A stretch of 50,590 bases of DNA from Catajapyx aquilonaris. Its lineage: Eukaryota. The notes beneath the pieces were generated by a model. That model had not been told where the DNA came from and did no database searches. It saw only the letters and a list, made by a program, of their open reading frames with translations. The stretch covers positions 1-50,590 of the forward strand of contig JYFJ02002802.1 of NCBI GenBank assembly GCA_000934665.2. Direction: 5' to 3'. The translations under genes and the position numbers were made by a program. Position 1 is the first letter of the stretch, and each line of letters starts with the position of its first letter. This document shows, in pieces, positions 22,701-37,200 of the stretch.

Positions 22701-25163
22701 GTGTGATGTGGGGGAAGACGGTTGGGAAAGGCCAACTCCCAGCCCTGTTTGTCATTCAGGTTGGATGCACTGGAAAGACCTGGTCCATGCATGCTAATCG
22801 GGGCCTGCCATCGCTGGCTGCTAAGTCGGAAAAGATACAGGGGAGTACGGCAACTGGCAGCATTCATGTTTCATCATATTTTTTCTCAGACCCAGCCATA
22901 AACTTAAGTGTAGGCGGTAATCATAAAGTTTCTGAAGCTCAACTTTTGCGAGGCGGCAGCCAGCAACAAGCAAAGCCTAAACTTTGGCCAAGTTTGTGGT
23001 TCCCATTCAATGACCTCTTTGTGCAGGTATCCTCCGTTCTCGCAGGAGTGGGGCTGCTGCATGACAAAGCATGTTTCAAGTGCCTTTGTTTTGCGGGAAC
23101 AATCATGGCGTTCACAGTATTTGTTCCTTGAGGAACATGGCCGAAATGGTAGGAATAGGATGTCCATTGCCAGCGGGCGATCCGTGGGGAGACCCAACAA
23201 TGGGGGCTACCATCCGATGCTTCGGGGGGAAATTTTTTAGGTGTTGCCAATGCTGTTTTACATACACCAGTCCATTAGCGGCAGGTCGTAAACTTTGCAT
23301 ACGTCCTTGGAAAAAAGCCTTCTCGGAACCGAAGCCATCGGAATGTGAAGCACATCGATAGCCTAGTACAAACATAGCAACTATTTTTAGTATGAAATAT
23401 GTCCATATCTATGATTTATAATATTTGGAATAAGGCTGTTATTCACCAATGACAGCACAGAAATCAGTGTAATGTACAGCTCTACGTAATTGAACAAATT
23501 ATTAAATTTTTACCAGACCTCATTTTTAAATTGTAGTTTACATATCTGCTGTCCCTCATTCATTTCATGCACACAATACTTGGCCATGAATATTTTGACC
23601 AATGCGGGTGTGATTCATTCCACCATCACATGCCCAAATACGTCACCAGATCAGCCCTCATATGCGGTAAACATGTTTGCACCATGACGCACATATAATC
23701 GGGGGTCCGCAAATTCCCATATTATCTTCATGCTCGGCTGTAATAATGTCCACCGACCCATTCTTATCAGCCTAATTTGAAAGATACAAAGGCGAGTCTT
23801 ATGACCTCCCCCCCCCCCACAAAGTCTCCCGCCCCCACCTTTTTATCGCGCATTGTTCGCCCAAACTGTAATTGCCACTTTATGCCTTATTAATTACCCC
23901 CGATATCCGGCGCCTCCGACTTTGTTGGGTGGAAGGGTGAGACATGCTGGACTGGAAATGTACGTACCTGAAGTGGGGGGTTAAGAAGCCGTAAAACATC
24001 AACCCCCCCTCAAGTCCTAAAGGTTGAGTCATCAAAGTGGGTGGACTTTACGACACCTATTGCGCATAAACGATCGAGTAGCTACAAAGGGGTGCCAAAG
24101 ATGTCCACGTCGCCATCAACCTCTATTATAACCAAATGAACGGGGGTTTGGCTCCCCAAGTTTTTCGCCACCTGGCCCAATATATGCTGGGTTGAGGTCC
24201 TTAGGCGTAAAACCGGGCTTCCAACTATAGTTATGGGTCGGGAGGGCCCTGGTTATTGCGTGGCAGTTAATCCCCCAATGGAAGACATTTAGTCGATTAT
24301 CTTGCAACGGCAAGTACGGCTCCAGCAGTGAAATTCTGCACGCCGATGCAAATTAATACAATGAAGCACCGCCTCCGCCTCTTCCAACAATCGATTACTG
24401 GAAGCTGGGAAACGGGGGGGTTGCCAGCACCGCAAGCCTCCCATACCCAGAGTCATAAACGAGGGGTCCAGAAAAGACCACCAGAACGGTAACACAGGGA
24501 TCAAACAGATTTATCCCCACTTCAGTGGACGCCATTTTGATGTGCTCTGCGGTTGGCAACACTGACGGATTGTGGGAAATGGGGCAACTTTAGGACCGTA
24601 TGCTTCAAACGGTCATTGCGATCGCTATGGCCCGTTTTGACCATGGAGAAGATGACATATGTTAGGATGGTTGCAGAACGGACAGGATGTGAAACAGCAC
24701 CCTGTTTGTTGTTGCCGTTTTTGCCCCTCTTTCAACTGTCATCATGCCAAACCGTCAAGTATGCCAAATTAAAACAGTCCCGCTGACAGCCGGGTTAGTG
24801 CATTGTCATTGTGTGAGTACCGTACACCCCCATCCTTAGCCATAAGGACGTCAAACATGGTATCCATTCTAAAATTAATCGAGTTTGTTGATATGTACCG
24901 TCACTTGTTGGAAGAAGTATCTTGACCCGAGTCTGGGAAGAGTGCACTTGCACCACATTGGCGACTCTAATTGCTTGTAAGCCAACTGCAACGACGGGTT
25001 ATTAGCCCTGCTTATAACCCCTGTTGTGTACCCATACCCCTCGACATGACGAAGCAGCAGACTGTCGTACCAGACATCCGGGGTTAGCCTCTTCTTTTTC
25101 CTTCTTCCTTGTGACTTGACAGGTCCCAATTAATGTTTGGAGAGCATGACGAGGACATAGGGT

Positions 25164-25196
25164 TATAAAAGTCATGGTAAAGTTTTGTAGTCAGTA
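25164..25196 (+). promoter_or_regulatory. Candidate TATA + Inr core promoter
   Basis: TATAAAAG at 25164-25171 and TCAGT at 25191-25195, with the A 29 nt after the first T. No downstream ORF recognised. Confidence 0.25.
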
Positions 25197-26012
25197 ACCG
25201 TGTTCCTGGGAGGTTGCTAGGGGATTGGTTTTGCAGGCCTTAGGAGCAAGCATAGGGCACAGGTCCAAAAGTACATGATGATTTCCAGACCACCGCAGCA
25301 AACGAGGTCGAGAGGAAGTTTGCTTCAACGCGGAATCTCGGATTCAAAATAAAGTTATGAGCATGACAAAACTGAGCCATTCCTCTTTTTTCGGGGGGAG
25401 ATGGCCTGGAGGTGCATAAAATTAGCGTGAAATTTGTTCCTCGCAGCAAAAATCAATCGCAAAAACTGCACAGCGGCCGTCAGTTGATATGCTGGGTTTC
25501 AATGCAGTTGTCCATTGATTTTTAGGCTATTAGAGCGTGTGCGTGTGTGTATTTTTTTTGCTGGAGTTATTCTCTCCGGCAGATACACTGTATGTGGTTT
25601 GAGTTTTTTTTTTCTCCGGCTCCCAAATGATTTAGTGCGGTAGCTGCTGCGCTTTGCATGGACTATATCCCTCCAAAACTGAAAGTGACAGATGTGGAAT
25701 CCTAGTGCATAATGTATACGATAGGCGTTACCAAATGCCAGCGCCCTTTAACGATATTATCGACGTCCACATATGGCTGTATTCACGTATAAGTTCCACT
25801 ACACTCCACACATAAAATGCCAAATTTTCTTTGACAAAAGTGGACCAATTTTTAGCTCATAGTTAGCAATATTGTGCGTGGGATAATTATTGTTAATTGC
25901 TAGTTGTTTGGTAATTACAGGAAGTAGACTTTCAATTTAACATAATATTAGTAAGTAGAAGGCTTAATAATGAGAGTAGCTCCAAAAATAACTAACCATC
26001 ACATACAGATAT

Positions 26013-26190
26013 CTGTATAATAAATTTTTGTAGAAATTGTAATAAATTTTCAACATTATTGTTAATTTCGTAGAAACTGTCATAAATTGTAATAATCGTA
26101 ATAAAAAATTGAAATTGTCGCAAATTTTATAATAATCGAACTGAATATTGAAGGTACTGTAGATTTCTGTAAAAACTGTAATAAATTGTG
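26013..26190. repeat. AT-rich degenerate 9-10-bp array (TGTAATAAAT / TGTAGAAAY)
   Basis: Repeated variants such as gtagaaattgtaataaat, gtagaaactgtcataaattgtaataatcgtaataa and ctgtaaaaactgtaataaattg. Confidence 0.55.
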
Positions 26191-29100
26191 TATGAAGAAA
26201 AATAATACAATTTTTGTGATACCATCGCCACCCATGACCCTACCGGGCGACAAATTCTCTCGACGATGTGCCCCGTCTCTGGTACAGCCTCTTCGCCAGC
26301 CTTATATCGATTACGCAACTTCCGCCTGCCATTTTGGATCCCACTTTTTTGGCTGTGCCTGTACCCATCCCCGCCGGCGCAAGGTCGTAAAGTGGTAGCA
26401 GTGGCAGGAGGAGAAGGGAATGGAGGGGAGATGGAAGTGGGGAGAGTCTGGTGAAATATCCCAGCTGCCGCTTGGGCGCGGTAATATCGTAACGTGAGGG
26501 AATGTTTGCCTTTCATCTTTGGAAACGGAGAGGAAGCTTCAACCACAGAAGATTTTTTTTTTTTAAATAAAAAAAATGGAAGGCTGAAGAAATTGCGTCC
26601 AGTGTAACCAATACTCGCACGCGCTATATTTTCTTAATTGCCGTGTCGTTAACCGCACTAGGTCAGATTACTCCCTAAAGTAGTTAAAAAAACATGTTGA
26701 CTTACGCCCGGTTATAATAAGCAGCTCTATAAAACCGGGTGAAAATATCCGGTGTTTTATTATGCAAAGGGCGCCCATTTTTTTCGTTACAAAATTGGCC
26801 ACTAACAAGTTGGCGTCAGATTGGTGCGAGAAGAGAGATATCACACGTTCAAGTTTGGCACCAGGGGACCCATAACTCTAGGGTTATTACCATATCGTTA
26901 GGGGGTAACAGGAGCGGCGATTCCTGACCTTATTAAGCATGTGGAATTACAACCGTCTTACGTCAAGGAGAGGGATAATAAAGCCATTGCAGGCAGATGC
27001 TTCAGACCCAGCTTTCCAATAATGGTATCAATTATATCCATCAAGTCGGCAAATGCGATCCTCCGGTTCCGTCTGATAATCGCGGCTTAGTGAAATGAAG
27101 CCCAGAGCTCTTTTTGAAATGGGGGGAACAGTTGGGGGGAGAAGCAATTACATATTCTGTTAGGGTGGTGGAGACGTTTGTCTTGAAACGGGTTGGTGGT
27201 TTATGCACTTTATGGGTGGCCCCATGCCACCAGGTAGCATATTTCACACCTTTACGCCTGTGAACGCTCATAATAAATAACACCACCAGATAATACCCGA
27301 CTTTTGCATCTTAAAATACAGATCCTTTAAATGATTATGGCCGTGCCATGTTTAAAATTGAATTCGAGGCTATCTGAAACATAATTTAAAATATTATCCG
27401 AGTAATGACAAGATGCGAACGAATCAAAAAGTAATTAACAAATCATTGGATGTAATGCTTTACCTAGGGATGAATTTCAGTTTAAACGACACCGACTCAT
27501 TTCAAGTGTAAGTGCGCTTAATCAAGTCGAAAACCTTTTCTCCAGGGCGAGGAAGTAAGCCCCTGCTGACAGAGCCGGATTTTATGAACACTTTGGTTCA
27601 GATCTACCCAATCCCTATGCGGACTTCAGCTCCTTCTTTCCATCTTCGCATTACTATTTTCGCCGCCTTTCCTCCCCCCCAAAAAATTTTTTTCTTAGGA
27701 ATAGGAATTTCACAGTGATTTACGACACCTCCACGAAAATTACTCGTGGACCCCACCGAAAACTTTTAAAAGTCCTGAGTGAAATCCCGGAAAAACTTAG
27801 AAGCTAACATCGTACAGGAAGTAGTTTTCTCTTTATTTTTTATTATTATTTTTATGTATTATTTGGTGGGTGGGATTTTTTTTTTTTTCGAAGAAGGAAA
27901 CCGTGCCGACGTCTCACCAACCCACGCGCCTCGTAAATCATCTTCACCTGCATTTGCTATGGTTAACGGGTTCCATAAACTATTTTATGGCGGGTGCGGA
28001 GTAAAAGGGGAGCCTGGGTCTGTTCTTCGACCTCCTTGTGCCCTTTTTTTCCCCTTTTTTATCTCCTCTTTCCAACCCCTCCCCTCCACCCCCCTTCTTT
28101 TTTCTCTTCCGGAATAACCTCCCAGAGTTCGAGGTCTCTCCTTCAGCGATCGTACCACGAAACAGCATACAAAACAGTGGACATAAAAGTAGGTTAGTGG
28201 TATGCTCAATGTTCTGTGATTTGAATCAACCGCGCCTGAATAAAATGTCAACGCCATCTGTCGCCCACTGTTGTCAACTGCCATATTTTTTTTTACTTGA
28301 ACATTACATGCATGAGACGCTAAAAATCTTCAGACCACCCTGTAGATGATTTTCTAATGCAGGTGGCTCGTAAAACCTGTAATTTTCTACGCGTTGGGTC
28401 AGCGGCCTTCGCCAGAAATACTGTGAAGAAAATTTTTGTGTATAGCCAATCATTTTATGGCCCGCTTTTAAGTGGAAGCCCCTTCCCATATTTTTTTTCC
28501 TAAGAATTGTGTTTCCAGATCGCTCACACCTCATTTTTTTTCTCTCCATCCCCATACCCCCACATCCAACACGGCGCGACTTTTCACACAAGGTTTATTA
28601 CCCATAACACTGAATGTTTTTCTAAAGAGATTTGACATGCCTTGAATACCTCGTTTCCACCTAGTCACTACAGTGCTTTTGAGACCAACTGAATCAAACA
28701 AAAAAAAATTGTGTGGGGGGTTGTCCACCGGTCTTGGCATTGTCGGCGTGTCAAACACCCGTGCCTTTTTTGTGTCATTTTCATCGGCTGGTTCGCGATT
28801 TCAAGGGAAAAAAATAACTAGAATTCCACGAGGGTATGGAATATGTAACTGGAGGGGTGGAAAAAAAAGCTTTTTACCACAGTTTGGCCATTATCCGCAT
28901 TTTGGTTCCAACTATGGAACCAGCCACATACTAGGGAAAAGGTACGGGGTACTGGGGTACACAAATGTGTTTTGGCCAATTGGAATTGCCAGCTCGTGCT
29001 AAAAAGGAACTTGCATCGAGGGTGTAGTTTAATGGGCATTATTATTTGGGCTGGGTCATAAACAAGCGCCTGCCGGATATAGTACTTTTTGTGGGACAAA

Positions 29101-30930
29101 AGAGGTGCTTTGGCTGCTTACTCCCATAGGATGAATAGACATTTTGTGACCCAAAAATGCTTGATTTTCTATAGGTTTAAAGTTACAGCTTTGTCGGCTC
29201 GCAGGTGAAGACATTCAGGATCGATATACTGTACATGAATCCCACAATTTAGAAAACCAAATTTCATTTGAAATTTAAAATGCCCGTTGCATACGTATGT
29301 CACGCAATATTTAATGTCTGATGGTTATTCCAATTTTCTGGCATGGACAGTGCTACAACAATTCAGAAAATGTCCATGCACACCTGGAGCATCTGTACCA
29401 AATATTGTCAACAATTTTTCTTACACCTCACAGTATGAGAAACAGAAAAATGACCTTATTCACACCCAGGCCTTAATATGGATTTGGCCTTATTACAACC
29501 CCCTATCGCCAACTCTCAAACAGCAATCGCCTCTGGCATCCACCGACTGTCGCAAAACCAAAATTAATACCCCCCCCCTCCCCCTTCCCTCGCAATAAGC
29601 CAAGTTTCTAGACGGCAAGTCGTGATAGCAACACCGTTTTACGAGTCTGGAACAAGGAGTTGAAACCGCAATTTAACGCCGCCGCAGAGAAGCCTCGTCT
29701 TCACTTTCTCCCATGGCTTGAGCAAAAGCCCCTGGAGAAGCTTCCAGTCTTCTTCTTTTGGGGGCTTTTTTTACCCCCCTTTTTCCGAAAAAGATAGCGA
29801 ATGTAGATGGCGGAGGAAGGCTGGCAGTTAACACCTCCAGACGCCTCGGCTGCAGATAATCTTGGCCTATTGGACACCTTAATTGAAATTCGCGGGGTAT
29901 TTAGAACCCGGGCTGCCTCCTTGTTCTGCTTCCTGCACAAGTTTCCCTTCAACGCCCATTGGGCGAATTACGCCCATAAAGCAGGGAATTGTTCTCAAGA
30001 TTCTACCTCCCCCCTCGAAAACTTTCTTATCTCTTGTTTTCGACTTCATTAAGCGAGTCGGCCTTCCCAACTCCCCTTTTTCCCCTCCCTCCCCCAGCAA
30101 CCTTGGCAATTAGGCGTCCCGTATATGTTTCCCTATTAGTTCAATTATCTTATCGCCAGGCCTAGTCCCAAGGAGTTTCCGTTTATGGACCTCCCCCCGA
30201 GGAGATTTGCATTAGCCGAGATTCCTGTAAATATCTCCCTACTGTGTAATTTGCTGGGGAGTTGAAACAATAGCCCTGGGGATATGGCTGCCAAAGTGTT
30301 TCTCACGTGCCTGAAAAAGAGGGGGGGGGGGGAGAGAACGGGGTATNGGGGTGTTCAAGTTGGACAGTGTTGATTACAAGGAAGCGCGGTTAGTGTCCGA
30401 GTTAACTGGCAGGTGCTGACGGGTGTTTTAGTAACGCCTTGCATGCTAAGGGTGTCTGAATCTGTCGCCAACAGCACCTTAGTGAGAGGTCATGGATGCC
30501 CATTTCTTGCTCTCAGCTTAATTGAAAAGTGTTTTTTTTTCAGTTTTGTGGTGGCTACGCCCTTTTTTGGGCTGGACAATCATATCACGGATGGGGTAAT
30601 TTTTGTAAAATGCGCTCGTAGGCCTATATGTTGGGGCGTACGGAGACGAGTCGTCCGCACTGAGGACATGAGCTAATCACCATAATTGCTCCACGACCTA
30701 CTTTTCTGCCTGACAAGACGCAGGGAAACAATGTTGCTGGGGTGGTTTCACTTAAAGGACTCGGTGCAGCTGGCAACGCCGCATATTCGTGATCCAATGA
30801 GCTCGCTGGCCCTCTAGCGGGCGAAGCCTCTGATTTGCCAGTATTGTTCCGGCGTTGTCATTTAATTAATTTTAGTGGCGAGTTGCGGCTTCTATCCTCC
30901 AGTTCCTGACAATAATGTTACTATAAATAT

Positions 30931-31123
30931 CAGGGTCTGGACCACTTCATTTAATTGATTTAGCCTATTACTTACTGCATATAATAATTATTAATTTTAC
31001 TACTGTTTGTATTATTGACGTTCATTGATATTGTTTAGTTCTTTATAGTATTTTGATTATTTATAATTCATATAATTTATTTGCAATATTGATAATGTTT
31101 TCACCAGACATGTGGCAGCCCTG
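30931..31123. mobile_element. Possible degenerate hAT-type MITE
   Basis: A sharply AT-rich 193-bp block bounded by CAGGGTCTGGACCAC and GTGGCAGCCCTG (CAGGG...CCCTG termini, imperfect TIR). No exact 8-bp TSD. Confidence 0.3.
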
Positions 31124-34100
31124 GAAATACATCATACCTGTGCTAGATTAGGATAAGAAATTAATTGTTTTGATTGATAGTATGTTATTATTATCCATTT
31201 ACAACAGCTACTCTGCAACTTGTCGCAACTTGTCTTCTCTTAATTTTCATATTTCATTAATTTGTTGTTGTTTTTCTCATTTCAATTTGTTAAAATTATT
31301 CCTCCAGTGACTAAACGTGCAACCAACATTCTGTCGAGCTGATTGGCGGCGTTGCCATTTAATTTAAATGTCGCCTTACGCTGTTTTTATCCCCCACCCG
31401 ATCCCTGACCATAATGGCGTCCTAATTGCCTCACCCTATTGATCCAGGGTCGCATCTATCTCTTTCATCTGAGATCCGCACGAGACACCCGCAGTTTAAT
31501 TCATCCCTCCGTCGCTTCTGGCTCTGACTAAAGCTCCATGTGATCAATCCAGTCAGGAATGCGTGGACTCCCCCCGTTGTGGAAACATTTCAACAACAAC
31601 AGCAACAACAACCCGATGCATTTTCGGGTGAGAGGGGAATGGACCCTTCGCGTGTCCGCCTTCAGATTATTTCCATTACGAGAGGCCTTTCCACCCCCCC
31701 TCCCAAAAACTGCTCGTAAACAATCGCAAATGCGGGCAACTGCAGCTTGCAATATATGAGTCAGTTATAATCAACGGCCCTCCATGCGTTGTCATGTAGC
31801 ACGAACTGATAATTTTTTATATTTGCACCCCGGAATTACCATGAAGCGATAAGAGGGCGGGTACTGTACAATGAGATATACTCACATCACCTGCATTATC
31901 CGCGCTCCCCCCAAAAAAATTGTGAGCGCAACCTCAGCCCAATATGTCGTTAAACGGAGCGTAATTTAGTGAAAATGCCAATAATACTGTAAGGTTGGGA
32001 TTCAATTTTAGATACTGGTCGACTTGCTATAAATGTGCATGTCCCCCCCCTCCTCTCTGTTCGCAAACGTGGATGATTGCAAATCCTCCCCTCTCTCCCC
32101 CATCTCCTCCTCCCGCCTGTGCCTCCCTTCCAGCCGAATTGAACCCGGAATCACCAATCATGTTATTGATGTTAGGGGGAAGGAGGGTTTGCCTTGAGGG
32201 GAATATAAGTTGGGGAAGGCTCTTCAGATGGGGAAATGGGTTGTGGATGCTCTGGATTTGTCGATTCCAGCTAGCTCTCTCTGATCAAGCATTTGCGGGA
32301 AAAAATGGCCACCATTTAAAAATATTTCGCGAAAAAAATGGCTGACATTTTACAAATTTTGCGAAAAATGGAGTACAACTTGCCAAAAAATTTGTAGCAA
32401 TTTTTTTCCTGCTTGGCAAGGGATTATGAAGAGAGTGGTCCACGCACGTTTATTTCCAGATACATGACAGGTGAGGAAAGGAGAGGCTTGTTGATTTATG
32501 AAGAGTTTGGTTTATCAACACTCCAGTTTTAATTTATGCCGGCTTCCGTTCTCAGCCTGATCCTGATGTAAGCTACTCGGTGATTTGTGCCAAGTAACAT
32601 TCACAACAGATGTGCCGAACGAGGTTACACGTGTCCTGCATTGAGAACACATTGAAAAAAATATGGGGTCCGAGCCAATTCATCCTCTCTTTTTTATTCT
32701 ATTGTGAAAAAGATATACAAGTCATGATTACTGTCAATAAGTAATGTTCATGGGAATAATTTCACAATAAATTTATAAAAATTCAATTTTGTCAGATTTC
32801 TGTTACTGGCACGTTTTCCAGGATTGTTGTGTTCGCCAAATAGTGTTCGACTAACTCATCAGAAACCAGCAAATCAATTCCTCTACAACCCCACAACCTA
32901 GCTAATCCCAGTTTAATTTATTCGCAGGTAGGTGGCCATCCCCGCCAATCTCCCCACACCTTGAACAAAGCCGATATTGTATCCGGATCAAACGCCCCGA
33001 AGTTATTCAGCCCTGTACAGCCTGACACAGTAACAACAACAAATGCTTAAATTATTCAATAAGTGTACCAATTTGACAGGCTGCTAGGATTCACTCCTGC
33101 CTGAAATGTCGCATGTCAACAGTCCCTCCCAGACTATATATATATACACATCAACACGACGATCGCGTAACCAAAAATGACACTAACCCTACGACCTCCT
33201 CACATCCATTACTGGGTAGTCAACAAGTTTACAAGTCGATCCAAGTCCAGGAGACAGGCAGCCACTACCTGCACTTTCTCCACCAACCTTCCATACTTTG
33301 GCTCGGGTAATTCAATTTCATAAAGGAAATTTGGTTCCTCTAGGTTTCAGCCTCCCAGACTATGTTGGGGGGAGAAAGCCTAAAAAAATGTATAGCCCAC
33401 AAGACCTCCTCCTACAAAATCAATACTAACCCACGTCTATTCCCCCAAAAACGACTTGGACCCTCTCGAAGATCATGCATCATTGTTGCCAACAAAAATT
33501 TTCTCATCTTAAAAAAAAAGTGTATGATATCAAAGTTTTGCTCAACGAGTTCTAATTAATTGCCTCGCCTAGTTAACAGGCCCTGCCCCTTCATTACGAC
33601 TAGGACAATTAGGCTAATCATATTTACAAATTTTCGCCCGGGCGATGTCCAAGTCTCCGAGTTTTCTAATTGGAGAGACGAGAGTGGATCTTAATTTCAT
33701 GGAACAGCGAGCACAAAGCTGCTAATTCCTGATATGCACCAATGGGCGGGTCTGCTCCGAGTAGGAAAAAAAAACGTTTTTTTAAAAAAATTTCGTTCAT
33801 TGAAATAAGTCTCGACGAGGTGTGAAGACTAACCCTCTAGTCTCCTCCCCGGGCCTTTCCGTTGAGTCAGCTTACAGGGTGGGGCCAACTTGATTCATTA
33901 GCTAAAAATCCGGGCGTTTTCCATCATTTCATTGGTAAGTGAAGAAATCCACCGGACCTTTCCATCATTTCTTATCAAGTGTCCATCTCCTGCGAAAAAG
34001 ACCTACCTAACCTGGGTGGGTGGTTGGAAAGGTGGTTCCTATCTGTCCAATCCAATGTTGGATTGGGGGGGGATGGGAAATTGCAGATCGATCTATCGCC

Positions 34101-34190
34101 AAAGGGACTGGGGCCGCAAGCGCTTGCCAGAGATCGAGGGGTGGGGCACGGGGGGTGGGTGGGTGGGTGGACAGTTTGCAGGGATTGTTC

Positions 34191-34222
34191 CACACACACA
34201 CACACCCAGCACACACACACAC
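34191..34222. repeat. Interrupted (CA)n microsatellite
   Basis: Read directly from the sequence. Confidence 0.85.
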
Positions 34223-37200
34223 TACCAATACAGGCAATACTCTCATGGGGGATGAAAGGTTGTGGACAAATGTGGAATGCGTGGCTGTACCTTTGTCCAC
34301 TGAGCTTTTCCAAACATACAAAAAAGGGAGGGAATTTCTACTCAAAATGTTGCAACGTTGCACCGATATTATCATGGACAATTAGTATCGCTCTAGGTAT
34401 CGCTTCTGGTGTGTGTTGATTGGGTGGAGTTGGTGTGGCGTTGTCATTCTTTGGTATTTACACGAAGAGGTGCTTATTGACACAATGAAGCTCAATTCCA
34501 ATTGCAGAGGATATCTGGATATTTTCTCTGCGGGATCTGTATCAATATAGCAGCTATCCGATCGGATATTGACCTCGCAACAAAAACAGTATTATAATTC
34601 TGCACATATTAGTATTACAAATAATGTTAAATATCTGTTAGTTTAGGTGTAATTAGTAAAAATGAGGTTTGTTAGAAATTTAGCGGCTATTCCGGTGGCT
34701 TTTCTAGCATCAAAAAATATCGAGCTCGAACCAATACATCTAGTTGGACATGTCCCTTCTATCCAGATAAGAACCTGAACATTGGCCGCACCTAATACGA
34801 AATCCCATACCTGTTTCAGTCACAAGTCAAAGCCTATAGTATTTTTGCCCCTCCCCCTTTCGCCTCTCTAGCTTGAGGAAATAGAAGGCTGTGTCCTCCA
34901 TTAGCAGGAAGTCAGATAAGACGTCTACCAGAAAAGGATTTGCGAAGTTGTCAGATCGATTCTACATGGGACTTCCCAATAATCCACCAAAACTTCGATT
35001 GTTGTCCTGCAATCCGTACTTACCAAGTTACATCACAGGTTCCCCCAAAATATGAGCCAACCTTCATTAAAGTGTCAGGCGCATGCAAAACAGGGTGGGT
35101 AAGTGGAAAAAGAGACGGCTCAGACTGGGTATGATTAATGCATACATGCAATTTATGCACGCACGCACGCTTTGCCGCACAAGAGTTTTCGGGGCGGAAG
35201 GGGATGGTGGTTGGTACAGAGAGGGGGGGGGGGGGGGTGGTAGAGCTTTGACTTGATAATCCCATCGGTGTCCCAGGCTAGAATCCAAGCCTCATCCCCA
35301 AGTCCAATTGCGTTATCGTTTGGGAGAGAAAAAGAGGTATTCCGGAACACCGCTCTCCGAGATTTATGGAAACGGTGGAGGGATAATGGTTTCCCTTTCG
35401 TACGTGTTGTTTCTGGTCAATTGCCAAATTCCAGAGTCGAGTTCGATTTGTTCCTCGCCTCCTTTCACCTAAATTACAATTCGTTATTGGGCGCAGCTGG
35501 GAAATGTCCGACCTGGTTTCCCACGTTTAGTGCGGGTCAATAGCAACCCGGTTTTTGGTTCCAAGTTTTTGAGGGGGCGTTCACTCACCATGGTTGTAAA
35601 CATGGCATCTAAGCTTGGGTAAGGGGGGAAAGAAAAAAAAATGTGGGGCTCCAAACTTTTCATAACATGCCTTTCATCCTCCACTTTTGCCCTTCACCCC
35701 TCCTCCTAAGGGAGGTGATGGAGGATAAAAAGACAGACCACACATATTGGTTCGTGGGCTGGCTCTTGCCAATGGTATTTCTGGGATTCACGAGAGATCG
35801 GGTTGCACGAACTCTGACAAAGCACCATTAATGGATAAGTGGTCCCTTTCTCAGTACCTTCATCCGAAAAAAAAACCCGGCAATGCTAAATTCAACAATG
35901 GCTGTATCATCAATCATCCAATTAGCTCAAGTCACACCTAACCACCTGCCAATCACACACGCCATTTTGTATCCGGCGTACCATGGGGGTCCTAAGTCCT
36001 ATCCTTTTTCCCACCCTGCCTTGTTGTTCTTGTCTCATTATGCAAGCGGCATGGTCGCTGCTGGCGGACACACTCATTCCCAATTCCGCCCGCGTTTTCC
36101 AAAAGCACAGACTTCTCTTTTTACCCGGAGCCAACCCTGCCAGAGATACGGAGGTCCGAGTTAAATGGGGGGAAATGTGCAGTCGTTGGCAGAGAGAACT
36201 CTCTTCATTATTGATTCCAGGTTTCAGTCGACATTAGGAATATGAAAATCAAGAGGGTTTTTTTTCCAGAGGGGGTTTTTTTAAGCAAAAAAGGGAAGGT
36301 CCTTGGTGGCAGGTGACGCAAGTGTTTCCTGGAATGGTCACCCGGCTTATATGAAGGATTCACGTCACCTGCAATGTGTGGGAAGAACGTGGAACATATG
36401 GCTCGTCCCACAGCTTTTTTTTTCTTTTTGAGAGAGAGAGGGTGCCTACGGACAAAACCGCGGCCCACGATGATAATCTTGATAAATTTCAAAACCTCCT
36501 GCTGTTTTCTTCGTCAACTCTCTCGCCTATAGGAGAATAAACCAGAAAACGATGAGGTCAAAGTGGAGGCGGTTAGGCCGTTATGGAAATTACTAGCCAT
36601 GGAACAACGACCCCGACTGTTGTGGCTACGAAGGTCAAATCATAACCTGCGAAGAATATTGGAGCACTGCCATCGAGGTGACTAATATTACTGCAAATCT
36701 TAAGAGAAAGGTGTGATGTCAGGTTTTACAGCCCATTGCGTAGTCACGAGTACGGCCTGAGGTCATCCCCTGCAGCCACTCATCACCCAGTTTAGTCCAT
36801 AACTACAACTTGCCAACATACACACAATGGCCTGAAATCACACACGAAGGAATATTTTCCTCACAGATTTAGGAGGCTGTAATTATTCGATCACAAAACT
36901 GCCTGACTCATATTTCCTGTAATGCAGTATTTTATGGCTGATTGATATGGCGGGCCATGTATCTTTCTGTCTTTTGATGTTTACGCACTGCAACGAGCAA
37001 GCGGAGAACATTCGACCGTGATTAACTGCAGGACACATTGCATAATCAAATATTCGGATCAAAACGCGGTTCCAGCGGTTGCCAAACCGCCCGCAGAATC
37101 GATGCGAGCATATCTCAACTCAAATTAATTTGATGCGGATATAATTAAACAATATGTGGCATGTCAATCATAATCAAAGTTGCACTCCCCCCCCCAACCC

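Noticed and set aside
24875..25129. DVWYDSLL...YG, faintly like a LINE reverse-transcriptase segment
   Set aside because: It lacks the preceding KAFD motif and any other RT motif nearby.
28337..28347. ACCCTGTAGAT, matching the start of miR-10
   Set aside because: The match ends after 11 nt and no hairpin is evident.
33932..34419. Five overlapping ORFs of more than 100 aa on both strands
   Set aside because: G-rich and (CA)n low-complexity sequence depleted of stop codons; no recognisable product.
34555..34568. 14-bp perfect palindrome TATCCGATCGGATA
   Set aside because: About 3 palindromes of this length are expected by chance in 50 kb (50590/4^7).
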